From Escherichia virus TH43, in the sequence record MT446414.1: a DNA stretch of 64,000 bases; one strand, given 5' to 3'. Both the position numbers and the translations under genes were made by a program. Shown piece by piece: positions 37,494 through 47,819 of this stretch (positions are counted from its first letter, which is position 1; every line of letters begins with the position of its first letter). The notes under the pieces were generated by a model. The model was given only the letters and a program-made list of their open reading frames with translations, did not search any database and had not been told where the DNA came from.

Positions 37494-38240
37494 TTATCTG
37501 TATCTACGAATGCCGTACACTTCTCGTGAGCTATTAAGACGGCTAATAGTATTAGGGATTACTAGAGGGGAACCTGAGTATTCTGCTTTCTTACTCTGCT
37601 CCACAATCTCGTCAAGGATTGCTTTACCAAGTGCTGACCACTTTTGAACTCCATTATCATCTTGAACGAATAAAGAAGCATGACGCAGCGTAAAATATAG
37701 AAGCAGCTCAGGAGCAATAGTTAGAATAGCACTGGTATCTTCATCAGAGTGGAACTCCGGTGGGTCTGCATAATAACTTAAAACTACAGCATTCTCAGCA
37801 GGGATTTCAGGTGCTCCATCATCAGGATAAACAGGAGTATCTGCATCAATTAGAGGGTAGAACATAAACCGACTACCTAAACGAGCAAAAACAACTTCCC
37901 CTTGATTCCAATTGGATGGGTTGACTGAGTTATTTCTCTTCAACCAGTCAAGTTCTTCAGGAGAGGTTACTCTGAACATCATCCCATTTGAAGCTCTCAT
38001 AATCCATTGTGCTTCTAAAAAGTCAGGAGGGATAAAAGCAATACCATCCTTGATATCTAAATATACTTCTTTTTCCAGAGGAGGAATTCGTAAGTTACGA
38101 TAAATTTCCTTCTCTGCAAAGTTGATGAAATTTGGAATTTGATTAACAAATTCGTCGTCATCCCTATCGGCCCAGAGTGACACAGCCTTTTTAAGCCAGC
38201 CATAGGTGTTGATAGGATACTGAACTTCAGGCATTGCCAT
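37494..38240 (-). CDS. virion structural protein (head-tail adaptor candidate)
   Basis: position directly downstream of capsid; RBS AGGAGG. Confidence 0.45.
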   Translation of the reverse strand: MAMPEVQYPINTYGWLKKAVSLWADRDDDEFVNQIPNFINFAEKEIYRNLRIPPLEKEVYLDIKDGIAFIPPDFLEAQWIMRASNGMMFRVTSPEELDWLKRNNSVNPSNWNQGEVVFARLGSRFMFYPLIDADTPVYPDDGAPEIPAENAVVLSYYADPPEFHSDEDTSAILTIAPELLLYFTLRHASLFVQDDNGVQKWSALGKAILDEIVEQSKKAEYSGSPLVIPNTISRLNSSREVYGIRRYR

Positions 38241-38270
38241 AGTGTGTCCTCCTAATTATGTATAGACAAA

Positions 38271-38287
38271 GAGAGTACATTACATAT
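38271..38287 (-). promoter_or_regulatory. candidate phage-specific promoter motif (minus strand ATATGTAATGTACTCTC)
   Basis: TAATGTA motif between capsid terminator and next gene. Confidence 0.3.
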
Positions 38288-38304
38288 CTCCTTATAAGGG
38301 TCTT

Positions 38305-38337
38305 AAAATGAGAAAAGGCCACCCGAAGGCAGCCTTA
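38305..38337 (-). terminator. rho-independent terminator after the capsid/Ig ORF
   Basis: minus strand GGCTGCC-TTCG-GGTGGCC hairpin then TTTTCTCATTTT. Confidence 0.55.
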
Positions 38338-38340
38338 GTT

Positions 38341-39459
38341 TTAAGCACCAGATTTAACGGTGTAGGTTTTGAACACTGTAGAACCTGGGTCAGTTCTCAG
38401 GGTTACTTTAGTATCTTCACTAGTGATAGCACCAGAGAGCGTAATTGTTAAAGCATCACCAGAAATGGTAATACTCAATTTGTCTGCATCTGTGCCTTCT
38501 ACATCATATACGATAGTTCCTAGTGGAGCACCTTGAGGAACAGAAGCTATGTTAAAAACTCCTGGTTGGCTTGGGTCTGAGATTGTCAAAGTATCACCAG
38601 CTACTGACCCATCAGACACTGCTGAAACAACTAAACCAGTAAGTTTAGGTATTACGTCTTCTATGGTAGAAGTTGCAGTTACTGAAGTCTGGGTTTTATG
38701 AGTAGCCTTAACAGTTACATTGTCATTCGCTGTATCTGACAAGGTTAACAAGCCAGAGGTAGCATTAACAGAACCGGCAGCAGTAGGGGTTACTACAAAA
38801 TTATAGTCACTAGCAGCTGAGCGTTGAACAGTAAACATATCTGTAAAAGCGACACTGTCTCCACCAGATTTTCCAGTAATAGCAGCTTTAGCCGCGATAG
38901 TTGGAGGCTGAGGGTTGACAACAACGTTAATCACTTTAGTGACAGAAGGTTTAGTAGAAGATTTAACTGTAAGAGTAGTACTACCTGCTGCAACAGCAGT
39001 TACACGACCAGCAGTTGTTACCGTAGCCTTAGTCGGATCTGCAATTTCCCAAGTAACACCTTGAGGTGCACCAGCAGGAGATACAGAAGCAGTCAGATTG
39101 GTAGCATCTGGAACAGTTATGGTAAGAGTATCACCAGTTAGACCACCACCAGTTACAGCAATGGAAGCTGGGTCAGGGATTGGAGCTTTAATTTCCGAGA
39201 TAACGGCAGTACCTGATACATCTTTAAGAGTAGCAGTCACTGTAATATCAGCGGTTTGAGGCGAACCCGGAGCAGTGAACAGTCCAGAAACAGAAATGGC
39301 CCCACCACCGGCTACTGACCAATCGAAGCCTGTAGTAGATGTGGAGCCATCGCTTAGTTCTGCTTCAGCTGTAAACTGTTGGGTAGCCCCGGTCAGCAGA
39401 CTAGCCACTGACGCGGGACTAACAGTTACGCTGTCAACTGTTACGCCCCCGCCTTTCCC
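38341..39459 (-). CDS. Ig-like domain C-terminal extension of capsid, reached by -1 frameshift (minor capsid fusion)
   Basis: ORF in -1 frame overlapping the capsid 3' end; slippery GGGAAAG; BIG2-like repeats. Confidence 0.5.
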   Translation of the reverse strand, partial: GKGGGVTVDSVTVSPASVASLLTGATQQFTAEAELSDGSTSTTGFDWSVAGGGAISVSGLFTAPGSPQTADITVTATLKDVSGTAVISEIKAPIPDPASIAVTGGGLTGDTLTITVPDATNLTASVSPAGAPQGVTWEIADPTKATVTTAGRVTAVAAGSTTLTVKSSTKPSVTKVINVVVNPQPPTIAAKAAITGKSGGDSVAFTDMFTVQRSAASDYNFVVTPTAAGSVNATSGLLTLSDTANDNVTVKATHKTQTSVTATSTIEDVIPKLTGLVVSAVSDGSVAGDTLTISDPSQPGVFNIASVPQGAPLGTIVYDVEGTDADKLSITISGDALTITLSGAITSEDTKVTLRTDPGSTVFKTYTVKSGA

Positions 39460-40499
39460 GCAGCGGTGAACAGTACACCAGAAGCATACGGGTTGCGGTG
39501 ACGCAGACCAACTTCCATTTCGATCATCCACTTCTCGTAAGAACCATCTTTAGCCAGTTCAGTACGCTTCGGAGCACGAAGGACCATCTGAGTCCAGTCA
39601 GAGCTGCGGAAGAAGTAAACTGCATCAGTAGGCATCCAACGGTTAACGATGATTTTATAGCTCTGACCCAGCGGGTCGGTGATGCTGTTAACTTCGTAGA
39701 TGAATTGTTTAGTGTTCTCAAAGATACGCTGACGAGAACCAACAGAGTTTTCCTGCAGCTTAGCAAAAATGCTAGCGTGAGCAGGGTTAATCATGATGAT
39801 ATCAGCTTCAGAACCTGCGGTATACAGCTGAAGAGTCATATCAAAGATATCTGCTTCATCAAAGCCTACGTTAGTGGTAGGGTTAGATGCGTTCTGTGCA
39901 ACTTTAACAGTTACTGCACCGGTATCCGGGTCAGCAGGGCCGTTCTTAGTCTTATCAACAACGCTACCAGACAGACCACCATGAGCACACAGGAACTGGA
40001 AAGCACCAGTCTTACGAGCTGCATGAGTATCATTCAGACCAGCCAGAGCAGGATCAGCTGCTGAGTTAGTCAGATACTGGTCAGCCAGAACGTCGGTACG
40101 AGCCTGACCGGACAGCAAGATTTTCTCGAGATCACGTTTAATCTCTTTACCTTTCTTCTCCAGCTGATACATCAGTTCACGACCACGACCGTAGTTAGCG
40201 GTGGTGTTAGCAGTATCAGAAACACGAACTACTTTACGCAGGATCTGAGTTACGTTAGATTTGATAACAGTCGGTTGCATTTCACCGTCATCAGCGCGAG
40301 AGCCTTCAACGTGTGCGTTGTTAGCATCAACACTTGCCAGTGCATCGGTCTGCCAGCTGAAAATAGTCTGGTTGATAGACTCTTTACCAGTCATAGACAC
40401 AAACGGAGTATCTTGCGGAGAGAGGACAGAAATCCAGTTAGCAAAAGAAAGTTTTTTACCGTTCTGGTCGTAAGATACAAATAAAGTTGGATTTGCCAT
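39441..40499 (-). CDS. major capsid protein
   Basis: follows portal and acidic scaffold; strong RBS; frameshift into Ig extension; terminator downstream. Confidence 0.6.
   Translation of the reverse strand: MANPTLFVSYDQNGKKLSFANWISVLSPQDTPFVSMTGKESINQTIFSWQTDALASVDANNAHVEGSRADDGEMQPTVIKSNVTQILRKVVRVSDTANTTANYGRGRELMYQLEKKGKEIKRDLEKILLSGQARTDVLADQYLTNSAADPALAGLNDTHAARKTGAFQFLCAHGGLSGSVVDKTKNGPADPDTGAVTVKVAQNASNPTTNVGFDEADIFDMTLQLYTAGSEADIIMINPAHASIFAKLQENSVGSRQRIFENTKQFIYEVNSITDPLGQSYKIIVNRWMPTDAVYFFRSSDWTQMVLRAPKRTELAKDGSYEKWMIEMEVGLRHRNPYASGVLFTAAGKAGA
39453..39459 (-). other. slippery heptanucleotide G_GGA_AAG for -1 programmed frameshift
   Basis: X_XXY_YYZ pattern 4 codons before the capsid stop; stem-loop follows. 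Confidence 0.5.
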
Positions 40500-40539
40500 G
40501 TTATGTTAGCTCCTATACTATTTAAAAATAATTTGTCGA

Positions 40540-41619
40540 TTAATCTACGAGATACTTAAATGCATCTTCGTGACGAATGCGACCCTCTGAAAATGCCTTG
40601 GCAACCTTAGCGTTGTCTGGCGTATTGGAAGTACGAGACTTAGAAGAGTCGGACTTCACAACCTTACGTGGAGAACCCGGACGTTTAATCTTAGCCATTA
40701 CCTGTTGCTTACCTTTATCGAATTGGTATGCTTTGTGCAAAGCTAGGAAAATAGACGGACGATTCTCTTTCAAGACTTCTTCTTCTGTAGCACCGAGATC
40801 AATTGCATATTGCATCAGATTCTGATAAACACTGTCATCCCAATTAGGAATTTCACGTTTCAATACATTAACACATTCGGTACATTTAGCTTGGAAGGCT
40901 TGCTGTTCTTTTGCTGCTGCATCTTGCTTGATCTTAACTTGCGCTTGTTCAAGCTGCTGACGACGAGCAGTGTACTTCTCTAAAAAGCGTTTGTTTTCAA
41001 CATAGGCTTGTGGATCTTCAACTGCTAGCTTGTCCCAATCAAAACCGTTATAATCTTCAATTACTCGGTCTGCTTCTAAGGACGCTAATTCTAATACATC
41101 CGCTAAACCACCTACACGCTCTTCAAAAGCTTCAACATGACGCTGAAGAACAGCTTCCCGTTCAGTCATATCGGAGCCAGTAACATAGCCATTTGATAAC
41201 TCTTCAATAGTCATCTCACGACCATCAGGAAGGGTGATAACAGTTTCATAATCTACGTCGAAAGCATCACCTTCTTCGTATTCACTGTCAGTAGAATCAT
41301 CGTGATCTACATCACTTGGTTCTTCATCTTCAACAACTTCATCAGAGTCGTCGTCTGAATCACCTTCATCGTCTTCTCCTTCCTCTTCTGAATCATCCCA
41401 TCCTTCTTCATCTTCGAACGTGAGTTCATCACCCTTACCGAGAAGGTCGGAATCAAAGTCAAAGTTATCTCCAGTATCTTCTGGAAACTCACTGTCAATG
41501 TCCACTTCTGGTTCTTGTTCAGATTCTAATCGACTTAGGTCTTCTTTAAAAGATCCTTTCAAGTCATCAAGTTGGAGGAATGATTTAAAATCGTTTGGGT
41601 CTAAAAATTCATTTGCCAT
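40540..41619 (-). CDS. scaffolding protein (highly acidic N-terminus, coiled coil)
   Basis: D/E-rich N-terminal region; position between portal and capsid. Confidence 0.55.
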   Translation of the reverse strand: MANEFLDPNDFKSFLQLDDLKGSFKEDLSRLESEQEPEVDIDSEFPEDTGDNFDFDSDLLGKGDELTFEDEEGWDDSEEEGEDDEGDSDDDSDEVVEDEEPSDVDHDDSTDSEYEEGDAFDVDYETVITLPDGREMTIEELSNGYVTGSDMTEREAVLQRHVEAFEERVGGLADVLELASLEADRVIEDYNGFDWDKLAVEDPQAYVENKRFLEKYTARRQQLEQAQVKIKQDAAAKEQQAFQAKCTECVNVLKREIPNWDDSVYQNLMQYAIDLGATEEEVLKENRPSIFLALHKAYQFDKGKQQVMAKIKRPGSPRKVVKSDSSKSRTSNTPDNAKVAKAFSEGRIRHEDAFKYLVD

Positions 41620-41855
41620 TAGGAATTATCTCCTGCACTATTGATAGCAGCTTTTATGACCTCTTTTAAGCTACCAACCATTTTATACTTTTGATAACAC
41701 TCTTCGCGTTTCTTTGACTCATGCACATCAGTTAAAACTATGTCTTTCATGAGGGTTTCTTTTAATGCCTCTAATGCTGCGTCAAGAATGCCGTTATGAT
41801 TGAGAGCCGCCAAAGCGGCGGCATGCTCTTTATTGAATTGTTGTCTAGTATTCAT
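41619..41855 (-). CDS. small hypothetical protein
   Basis: ORF track. Confidence 0.4.
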   Translation of the reverse strand: MNTRQQFNKEHAAALAALNHNGILDAALEALKETLMKDIVLTDVHESKKREECYQKYKMVGSLKEVIKAAINSAGDNS

Positions 41856-41864
41856 TTAGTGTCC

Positions 41865-44108
41865 TTATTTTCTACTACCAAGCTTTCTATTAGGAATCCT
41901 AGAATCTTTGAGAGAACTCTGTTGTTCTTTCTTAGTTTCATTTGCTTCTTTCTTTTGGAGTTCCAAAGTCTTATCTTGAATTTTAGCTTGCTGGTCTACC
42001 TTCTCAAGATCAACCTGATGATTCATGGTCATCTGAAGTTCTTTCAGTATAGATTCATATTGACGAACCTGTTGCTGAAGGAGAGAAAGCTTATGCTTAG
42101 CTTGTTCAAGAGTAGCTGAGTTATCTTCCTTACGATTTTCAAGAGTCATCTGATCAGCAGCATTCTCTTGCTTGAATTGCAATTCTTCTTGACGTAAGCT
42201 GAACTCGTCCGCAGCTTTCTGCTGTTCAAACGTAGTACGTTCACGCTGGTCGAATGCATCAGCAATCATCTTCTGAGAAGAAGCCTGTACGTTCTCAACC
42301 TGAGCTTTAGTCATCTCGAGCTGGAGGATTTCCATCGGAGAAGGCTGAGGAGGTTGATACTGTTCAAGAGGCATAAGATATTTATGAGTGTCTTTAATAC
42401 CCATCAACTCAAAGATCTGTGCAGTCATATAACGATCTTGCTCCAGAGTAAAGAGAGGTGCAAGCTGAGCATCAGCAGCAATCAATTGCTTCAGGCTAAT
42501 CAGTTTCTGTGCACGTTCTGATTTCTCAGTAGGAGAGATAGCTACAACAACTTGTAAATTATGACGAGCTGGTAATTGTTTAGGATTTACTTCAACCATA
42601 CCACGAGGGGTTTGAACCTGTAAAGGAACTTCACCATTTTCTCTGATAAGGTTGTAAATACCACGCATTAATTCAACCATACCATTATGAGCAATGTTAC
42701 GACAGACCATACGGAGACGGTTCTGTGCAGCATTCATCATTAGACCTACGGTTGCATATGCGTTATCATTCTTAAATACATCAGGGTTAATACCCATACC
42801 AAGTTTAGTAACACCTGTACGAGTTTCTTTCAACTCTTCAGACATTCCTAACAGACCATCAATACCTTGAGGTAGATTGTGGTAAGGGAAGAGATCAATC
42901 GCATCCTGACGCTCCATTTCAACTACACCACCCGGACGGTTGTCTAGTAAAGAACGACGGTCATAGGCTCCTACAATGGCTTTATATCGACCATAGTTTG
43001 CGTTGTTAACGTTATCAATGTAACCACGGACAAGTGCTGTACGTAGGTCTTGAATATCTTTAGTAATGTCATACACGGATTGACCATAGAAGGAACCCGG
43101 AATAGGATAAGGACAGAAAGTAACAAACGGAATGCTAGTTACTTCTTCACAAGAGAGAATATGCTCACCTGCTTGGATTACTTGATAGAGTTTAGATTCT
43201 TTGTTATTATCCAATACACCTGTACGGATGTAATGCTCATAAACCCAAACCATGCAAGCCACATCTTCAGTGTCCACACCAATGTCTGCATCAATGTCCT
43301 GTCTCCAGTCAGTACGTGACCAAGCAACTGTAGACTGAGTGGTGTCCATTGTATCAGTCCAGTCGTTAAACGCTTCGATCTCGTCTTTAGGGAAGCCCAT
43401 TGCTAATAAATCATCTTTAGATTTACGTGTGCGATGACAGAAATACTGAGCATCTGCAAAAGAGGTAGCATGTTCATCAACAAAGATTTGCTCTGAAGGA
43501 ACATATTCTACTTTAACACGTTTTACTGTTTGTTTGTAAGTTACTTTAACATCCACTGTTCCATCATCGTTTTCAGTGGTAAAAATTTCTAAATCTTGAA
43601 GTCCGCCTGCTTCCATACCTTGTACGTATGCAGCCAAAGCTTCTGGAGGTACGCCCTCAGCCTCTTCTGTTTGAGTGGAGGTTTGTTCATCCCAATAGTA
43701 TTTGATAAAAGAGTTACGTGTAACCAAACATTCCTGAGCCGCTGAGGAAATGATGTTATATCCCGGATTATCACGAAGCAAAATTTGGTTTACCAGCTTA
43801 GTTGCTACATCAGCTGCATCAGAATCTGCTTGGTTGTCCGCAACAAACGTCACCGCTTCATCGCCTGAACAGAATACGTTAATGATATCTTGGAGAGTTC
43901 CGTTAACAGACTCCCATACTGTACGGTCTACCCAACTAGAGCTTCCAGCAGTTACTGGAGCTGGTAAGTTTCCGTAGAAATATTCCCATGCTTCACGAGA
44001 ATAGCCTTTTACAGCGAGGTCTACATAACCTTGTGCATAATTGAATCGACGTTGAAGGTCAACGCGTAATTCATCCAAAATATCTTCACTAAATTTCTTC
44101 TTAGCCAT
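41865..44108 (-). CDS. portal protein
   Basis: 747 aa ORF directly downstream of terminase large subunit; C-terminal coiled coil. Confidence 0.65.
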   Translation of the reverse strand: MAKKKFSEDILDELRVDLQRRFNYAQGYVDLAVKGYSREAWEYFYGNLPAPVTAGSSSWVDRTVWESVNGTLQDIINVFCSGDEAVTFVADNQADSDAADVATKLVNQILLRDNPGYNIISSAAQECLVTRNSFIKYYWDEQTSTQTEEAEGVPPEALAAYVQGMEAGGLQDLEIFTTENDDGTVDVKVTYKQTVKRVKVEYVPSEQIFVDEHATSFADAQYFCHRTRKSKDDLLAMGFPKDEIEAFNDWTDTMDTTQSTVAWSRTDWRQDIDADIGVDTEDVACMVWVYEHYIRTGVLDNNKESKLYQVIQAGEHILSCEEVTSIPFVTFCPYPIPGSFYGQSVYDITKDIQDLRTALVRGYIDNVNNANYGRYKAIVGAYDRRSLLDNRPGGVVEMERQDAIDLFPYHNLPQGIDGLLGMSEELKETRTGVTKLGMGINPDVFKNDNAYATVGLMMNAAQNRLRMVCRNIAHNGMVELMRGIYNLIRENGEVPLQVQTPRGMVEVNPKQLPARHNLQVVVAISPTEKSERAQKLISLKQLIAADAQLAPLFTLEQDRYMTAQIFELMGIKDTHKYLMPLEQYQPPQPSPMEILQLEMTKAQVENVQASSQKMIADAFDQRERTTFEQQKAADEFSLRQEELQFKQENAADQMTLENRKEDNSATLEQAKHKLSLLQQQVRQYESILKELQMTMNHQVDLEKVDQQAKIQDKTLELQKKEANETKKEQQSSLKDSRIPNRKLGSRK

Positions 44109-44175
44109 CTAATCTCTCCCTCGGTTGATAGCTTGGAGTAAACTACTAAAGGGAGGACTAGCCTCCCCACTATAT

Positions 44176-45717
44176 TTAGTAGCTTTGATTCCATCTGTTA
44201 ATATTTTCTTGATAAAGCGACGAGCTACCATAGCTAGCGTCATGCTTAGACCGACCTCTGTGTGTAACAGAACAAGCTGAATATCGCATTGCGTCCATAA
44301 GGTCATCATGTTCTTTAATAATCTTACCAACTTTTCGATGGTAACGTGCTTTCTCTTCAAAGAGCTTAGCACATGCGGTAGTATTAAAGACTTTGAATCG
44401 ACCTGACATCATACGCTCACGAATATCAGTAATTCCTGGCTCCACAAAGAAGTTCTTCTTACCATCCATTCCGATCTTGTTATGGAAGGTATCATTTTGT
44501 ACGTTTACTCCTGCATTTTTATAGAATTGTGCTACAGAAGCACCACTTCCCTTCTCAATGTTATCAGCATCGTGAGGAAGAATGACTGGAATCCACTGAC
44601 CACGACCATTAATAGCTGGTGCATGATACACTGGAGTAAAGCCACTTTCTTTATAGCAGTCATAAATGTAGATTGTATCGGTGTTAGCATCATAAGCTGA
44701 CCATACAGCTGCCGTCGGGTGATCAATACCAATATCAATGGCACAAACACGTTTCCACGTATCAGGAATTTCAAACGGGTCACACTTAATTGAATCATCA
44801 GATACATCATAAATCAAACCTGAACCCAACAGAGGCATACCTTTAGAGCGCATCTCTAGCTGCCATGCCGGAATACCTTCTGTCATATCCTTTATGTCTT
44901 GGTCAGAGATGTGACCACCTAGGTCCACATGAGCATCCCACCAAGAAGCATTTTGGAAATATAGAGAACCTGTGTTCTCGTCCCCTTCACCTTTCATAAA
45001 CTTGTCCACCAGCTCTGTTAATCCGTTCTCTGGTGTAGCTGTAATCGTAACTAAACCTTTAGTAGTAAGTGTACGTGTTACGCACTGAGAGAAGATTGCC
45101 ATACTTTCATAAGGATCTTCTTCGTCCAGCCAAATGTAATCCACTGTAGCACCCATTAATGTGTGTTCACCCTGTTGGGTAGAACGAAACTCTAACGTAC
45201 TCAGCCCATCAAATTCGCCTCTAGCATTTTGGTGCTTGATTTGTACGATCTGTAATTTGTTTCCATCTCGTTCTATCGTGTCAATGACGATAGCGTCACG
45301 AGGAATAACACCCGTCCCTAATAAGTTTGTATCCTTTCCGATAGGTGTTCCAAATAATTCCTTTTGCAATACCTTTCTTGTAGAGTCCCCTGTAATCCCT
45401 ACTGCCCAAGCCAATATGGGTCGATTAAATCTATATCCTGTCCACCAAGTTGGGTAGCGACCTGTGACATGACAAGCAAACTCGTATGCCTCGCTGTAAG
45501 ATTTACCAACACGGTTAGCTGCACACAGGAATCTAAAGCGATGCTTCAGTCCCGCTGCATAAAAGTCTTTCTGAAACTGGTATGCTTTAAAAGAAAGAAT
45601 CCTATTATACTTTCTCCATTGATCTCTATCCTTCAGCATTTCAAGCAGAGCCTTCTTCTCCTCTACCGATAGCTTGTCTCCAGTTAGTGCTTCATATATT
45701 TCTTTATCTAATGACAT
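44176..45717 (-). CDS. terminase large subunit
   Basis: Walker A CAANRVGKS, Walker B IWLDEE, C-terminal nuclease-like region. Confidence 0.8.
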   Translation of the reverse strand: MSLDKEIYEALTGDKLSVEEKKALLEMLKDRDQWRKYNRILSFKAYQFQKDFYAAGLKHRFRFLCAANRVGKSYSEAYEFACHVTGRYPTWWTGYRFNRPILAWAVGITGDSTRKVLQKELFGTPIGKDTNLLGTGVIPRDAIVIDTIERDGNKLQIVQIKHQNARGEFDGLSTLEFRSTQQGEHTLMGATVDYIWLDEEDPYESMAIFSQCVTRTLTTKGLVTITATPENGLTELVDKFMKGEGDENTGSLYFQNASWWDAHVDLGGHISDQDIKDMTEGIPAWQLEMRSKGMPLLGSGLIYDVSDDSIKCDPFEIPDTWKRVCAIDIGIDHPTAAVWSAYDANTDTIYIYDCYKESGFTPVYHAPAINGRGQWIPVILPHDADNIEKGSGASVAQFYKNAGVNVQNDTFHNKIGMDGKKNFFVEPGITDIRERMMSGRFKVFNTTACAKLFEEKARYHRKVGKIIKEHDDLMDAMRYSACSVTHRGRSKHDASYGSSSLYQENINRWNQSY

Positions 45718-45783
45718 GTTTCCTCCAATTAAAACAGAAAAGGGAGAGATCCCTCGCGAAAAGAACCCTCCCCTTTATTCCTA

Positions 45784-46251
45784 TTAACTCTCGTCCGCTT
45801 CCTCCTCCTTTTCAGCGTCCTCAGAGTCCTCTGGAGGTAGCACATCTGCACCTAATGCTCCAGCCAAGAAGTCCTTGATTTGTGCGTTCAATGAATCTTC
45901 ATTAATTACATTCTCTTCCTCAATCTTAATCTCAACAGAAGCTGCCTTCGGATATACCAGATCTGCAACTTTACTTGCAGCCTTGAATCTAAGATCAGGT
46001 GGAATATTTGGATCTTCATAAATTTGAATCAACACTTCATCAGGGGACAGATGACTTGAAGCAACTCGGTCCAACATGAGCTGTGTCAACTTACCTCTAC
46101 TACCTTTGGGTCGTCCGAACTTATTTCCCTTTTGGAACTTCCCTGTGCTTGGCTCCATACCACGGTTTTCCAATTCATCAGTTACACCGGGCAATCTTCC
46201 TGTAACCTCAGCTACCTGTGCAGGCGTGAGTTCTCCTTTTTCTCCAAACAT
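45784..46251 (-). CDS. terminase small subunit candidate
   Basis: small basic/acidic protein directly upstream of TerL with HTH-like GNKFGRPKGSRGKLT. Confidence 0.5.
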   Translation of the reverse strand: MFGEKGELTPAQVAEVTGRLPGVTDELENRGMEPSTGKFQKGNKFGRPKGSRGKLTQLMLDRVASSHLSPDEVLIQIYEDPNIPPDLRFKAASKVADLVYPKAASVEIKIEEENVINEDSLNAQIKDFLAGALGADVLPPEDSEDAEKEEEADES

Positions 46252-46260
46252 CTTATACTC

Positions 46261-46275
46261 CTTCTACATTATCGT
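46261..46275 (-). promoter_or_regulatory. candidate phage-specific promoter motif (minus strand ATAATGTAGAAGGAGTATAAG)
   Basis: TAATGTA motif immediately upstream of the terminase small subunit. Confidence 0.3.
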
Positions 46276-46279
46276 TATA

Positions 46280-46306
46280 ACAAAAAGCCTCCCACTAGAG
46301 GAGGCA
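46280..46306 (-). terminator. rho-independent terminator
   Basis: minus strand GCCTCC-TCTAGT-GGGAGGC hairpin then TTTTTG. Confidence 0.55.
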
Positions 46307-46316
46307 ACACTTTTTA

Positions 46317-47003
46317 TTAATCTACATTACCTACGTGCAGGTTGAACAAAGTCTGGAGAGCTACGGTTTCACCTTCCCAAGTCACTGGAACAGATTTGTC
46401 ATTCTCTACATCAAAAGAAGAGGACGCCAAAAATTTTTTGTATTCTTCAAGCTCGGGGTCCAGAGCTTGTTCACTAGCATGTACCCACGTAACTACTTCA
46501 TTACCTTCTTCATCAATTACTACATTACGTGACCATTGATCTTTTGAATTTAAATAATTATTCAGAGCCTCATACTCGGCTTCTTCAATCATCTCAATCA
46601 TCTCACGGGCATAATCCGGTAGGTGTGCATGTTTGTCAGCTACATACGGAACAACTTCTAAATTGGATGGACACTTACGTTTAACTTCTTTTGCTACAGT
46701 GAAATAGTCTTTCACATCTTTAGCTTCTGTACGAGGAATCAAACCTTCCCATAGTTCACGGGTTGAAGGAGCGTGACCATACACAGAACCATGAGCCAAT
46801 TGTTTTACCATCTCAACTCGGGATTTACCTCCAGTGGTTTCATGAACACGATTCAGATAGAGAGTGTCCTCTGATAAAGGACGGAGATTACCATTGTAAA
46901 CAACCTCACCTTTACATCCCATGTTCTCGTAGATTGCGTTCAGTGTACTAGTTCCTGTCATATTGTTATTCATCATTCTCTCCTTCAGTGTCAGTGTTAT
47001 CAC
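46317..47003 (-). CDS. hypothetical protein
   Basis: ORF track. Confidence 0.5.
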   Translation of the reverse strand: MITLTLKERMMNNNMTGTSTLNAIYENMGCKGEVVYNGNLRPLSEDTLYLNRVHETTGGKSRVEMVKQLAHGSVYGHAPSTRELWEGLIPRTEAKDVKDYFTVAKEVKRKCPSNLEVVPYVADKHAHLPDYAREMIEMIEEAEYEALNNYLNSKDQWSRNVVIDEEGNEVVTWVHASEQALDPELEEYKKFLASSSFDVENDKSVPVTWEGETVALQTLFNLHVGNVD

Positions 47004-47232
47004 TATAACGATAGTCTTTATAAGTCTCAGCTTTGTAGGTTACAAAGCATCTCATGTACAACCAGCCCAATGAACTCAGGTCTATTGTAACATCAAAATC
47101 TTCATCATCGTCTAGGTCTACTAATCTACCCAAACAAGTTATTACTTCAGTGTCCCCAACTTCTTCAACTTTAAATGCACATTTTTCAGTGCGGAAGTAA
47201 GGAATCAACTCTGATAAAAAGTCTAGAATCAT
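46966..47232 (-). CDS. hypothetical protein
   Basis: ORF track. Confidence 0.4.
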   Translation of the reverse strand: MILDFLSELIPYFRTEKCAFKVEEVGDTEVITCLGRLVDLDDDEDFDVTIDLSSLGWLYMRCFVTYKAETYKDYRYSDNTDTEGENDE

Positions 47233-47264
47233 TTTTATATCTCCTCTGATAAACGAGAGTGGCT

Positions 47265-47361
47265 AACCCATAAAGGCGTATTCATCTAAAGGCCCACCCA
47301 TGTATGAACCCATGTACGCTGATGTAAAGGGGACTCTATAAAGGCATACCCATAAAGGCCA
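47265..47361. repeat. cluster of ACCCAT(AAAGGC / GTA) direct repeats
   Basis: ACCCATAAAGGC twice, ACCCATGTA twice, ACCCATGAG once. Confidence 0.5.
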
Positions 47362-47454
47362 TGTCACATTAAGGCCACCTCATACCCATGAGCATGTCTC
47401 CACTCTACTTCATAATCCTCTTCGGTGAAGCTACCGTAGTCTTCTTCAGTCATG

Positions 47455-47646
47455 TTAAGGCCTATCCACCCATTTACTATTCCTCACCTTACCACAGTCT
47501 GCACATCTCCATGTACTCTTGTAATAAGCGTGTAATCGTTCATCACCTCTTGATATCCGGATTGGATAGTACTCGTGATTACATTTGAATTGCTTAACTA
47601 GTAACTTAATCTTCCACATAAAGTTGTTCCTCACTCTTAAATCCAC
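47455..47646 (-). CDS. small zinc-finger protein
   Basis: CNHEY...CADCGK Cys/His pattern. Confidence 0.4.
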   Translation of the reverse strand: MDLRVRNNFMWKIKLLVKQFKCNHEYYPIRISRGDERLHAYYKSTWRCADCGKVRNSKWVDRP

Positions 47647-47819
47647 AACTAACGTTGGGGCATATAGTTATATATAAGGGTTTTAAATTCTGATTTGACC
47701 GAGTGGACCTAGCCCCTCCGAGCGCGTTTCCTAAAAAGGGGGAGTCCTCATTTAAAAAAGGGTTATTACCAATGCAATTGCCTTTAGGAAATCAATCAGC
47801 CTTTAAGCTCTAAGCCTTG

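Noticed and set aside
38341-39531. Independent Ig-domain protein initiating at ATG 39531 (as listed in the ORF track)
   Set aside because: That start lies 90 nt inside the capsid gene with no RBS. A -1 frameshift at GGGAAAG near the capsid stop explains the overlap better, though independent initiation is not excluded.
44109-44372. ORF overlapping the 3' end of the terminase large subunit
   Set aside because: Alternative frame within the terminase gene region; no independent support.
47641-47653. Single DnaA-box-like sequence AAATCCACA
   Set aside because: One imperfect copy only; not enough to call a DnaA-dependent origin.
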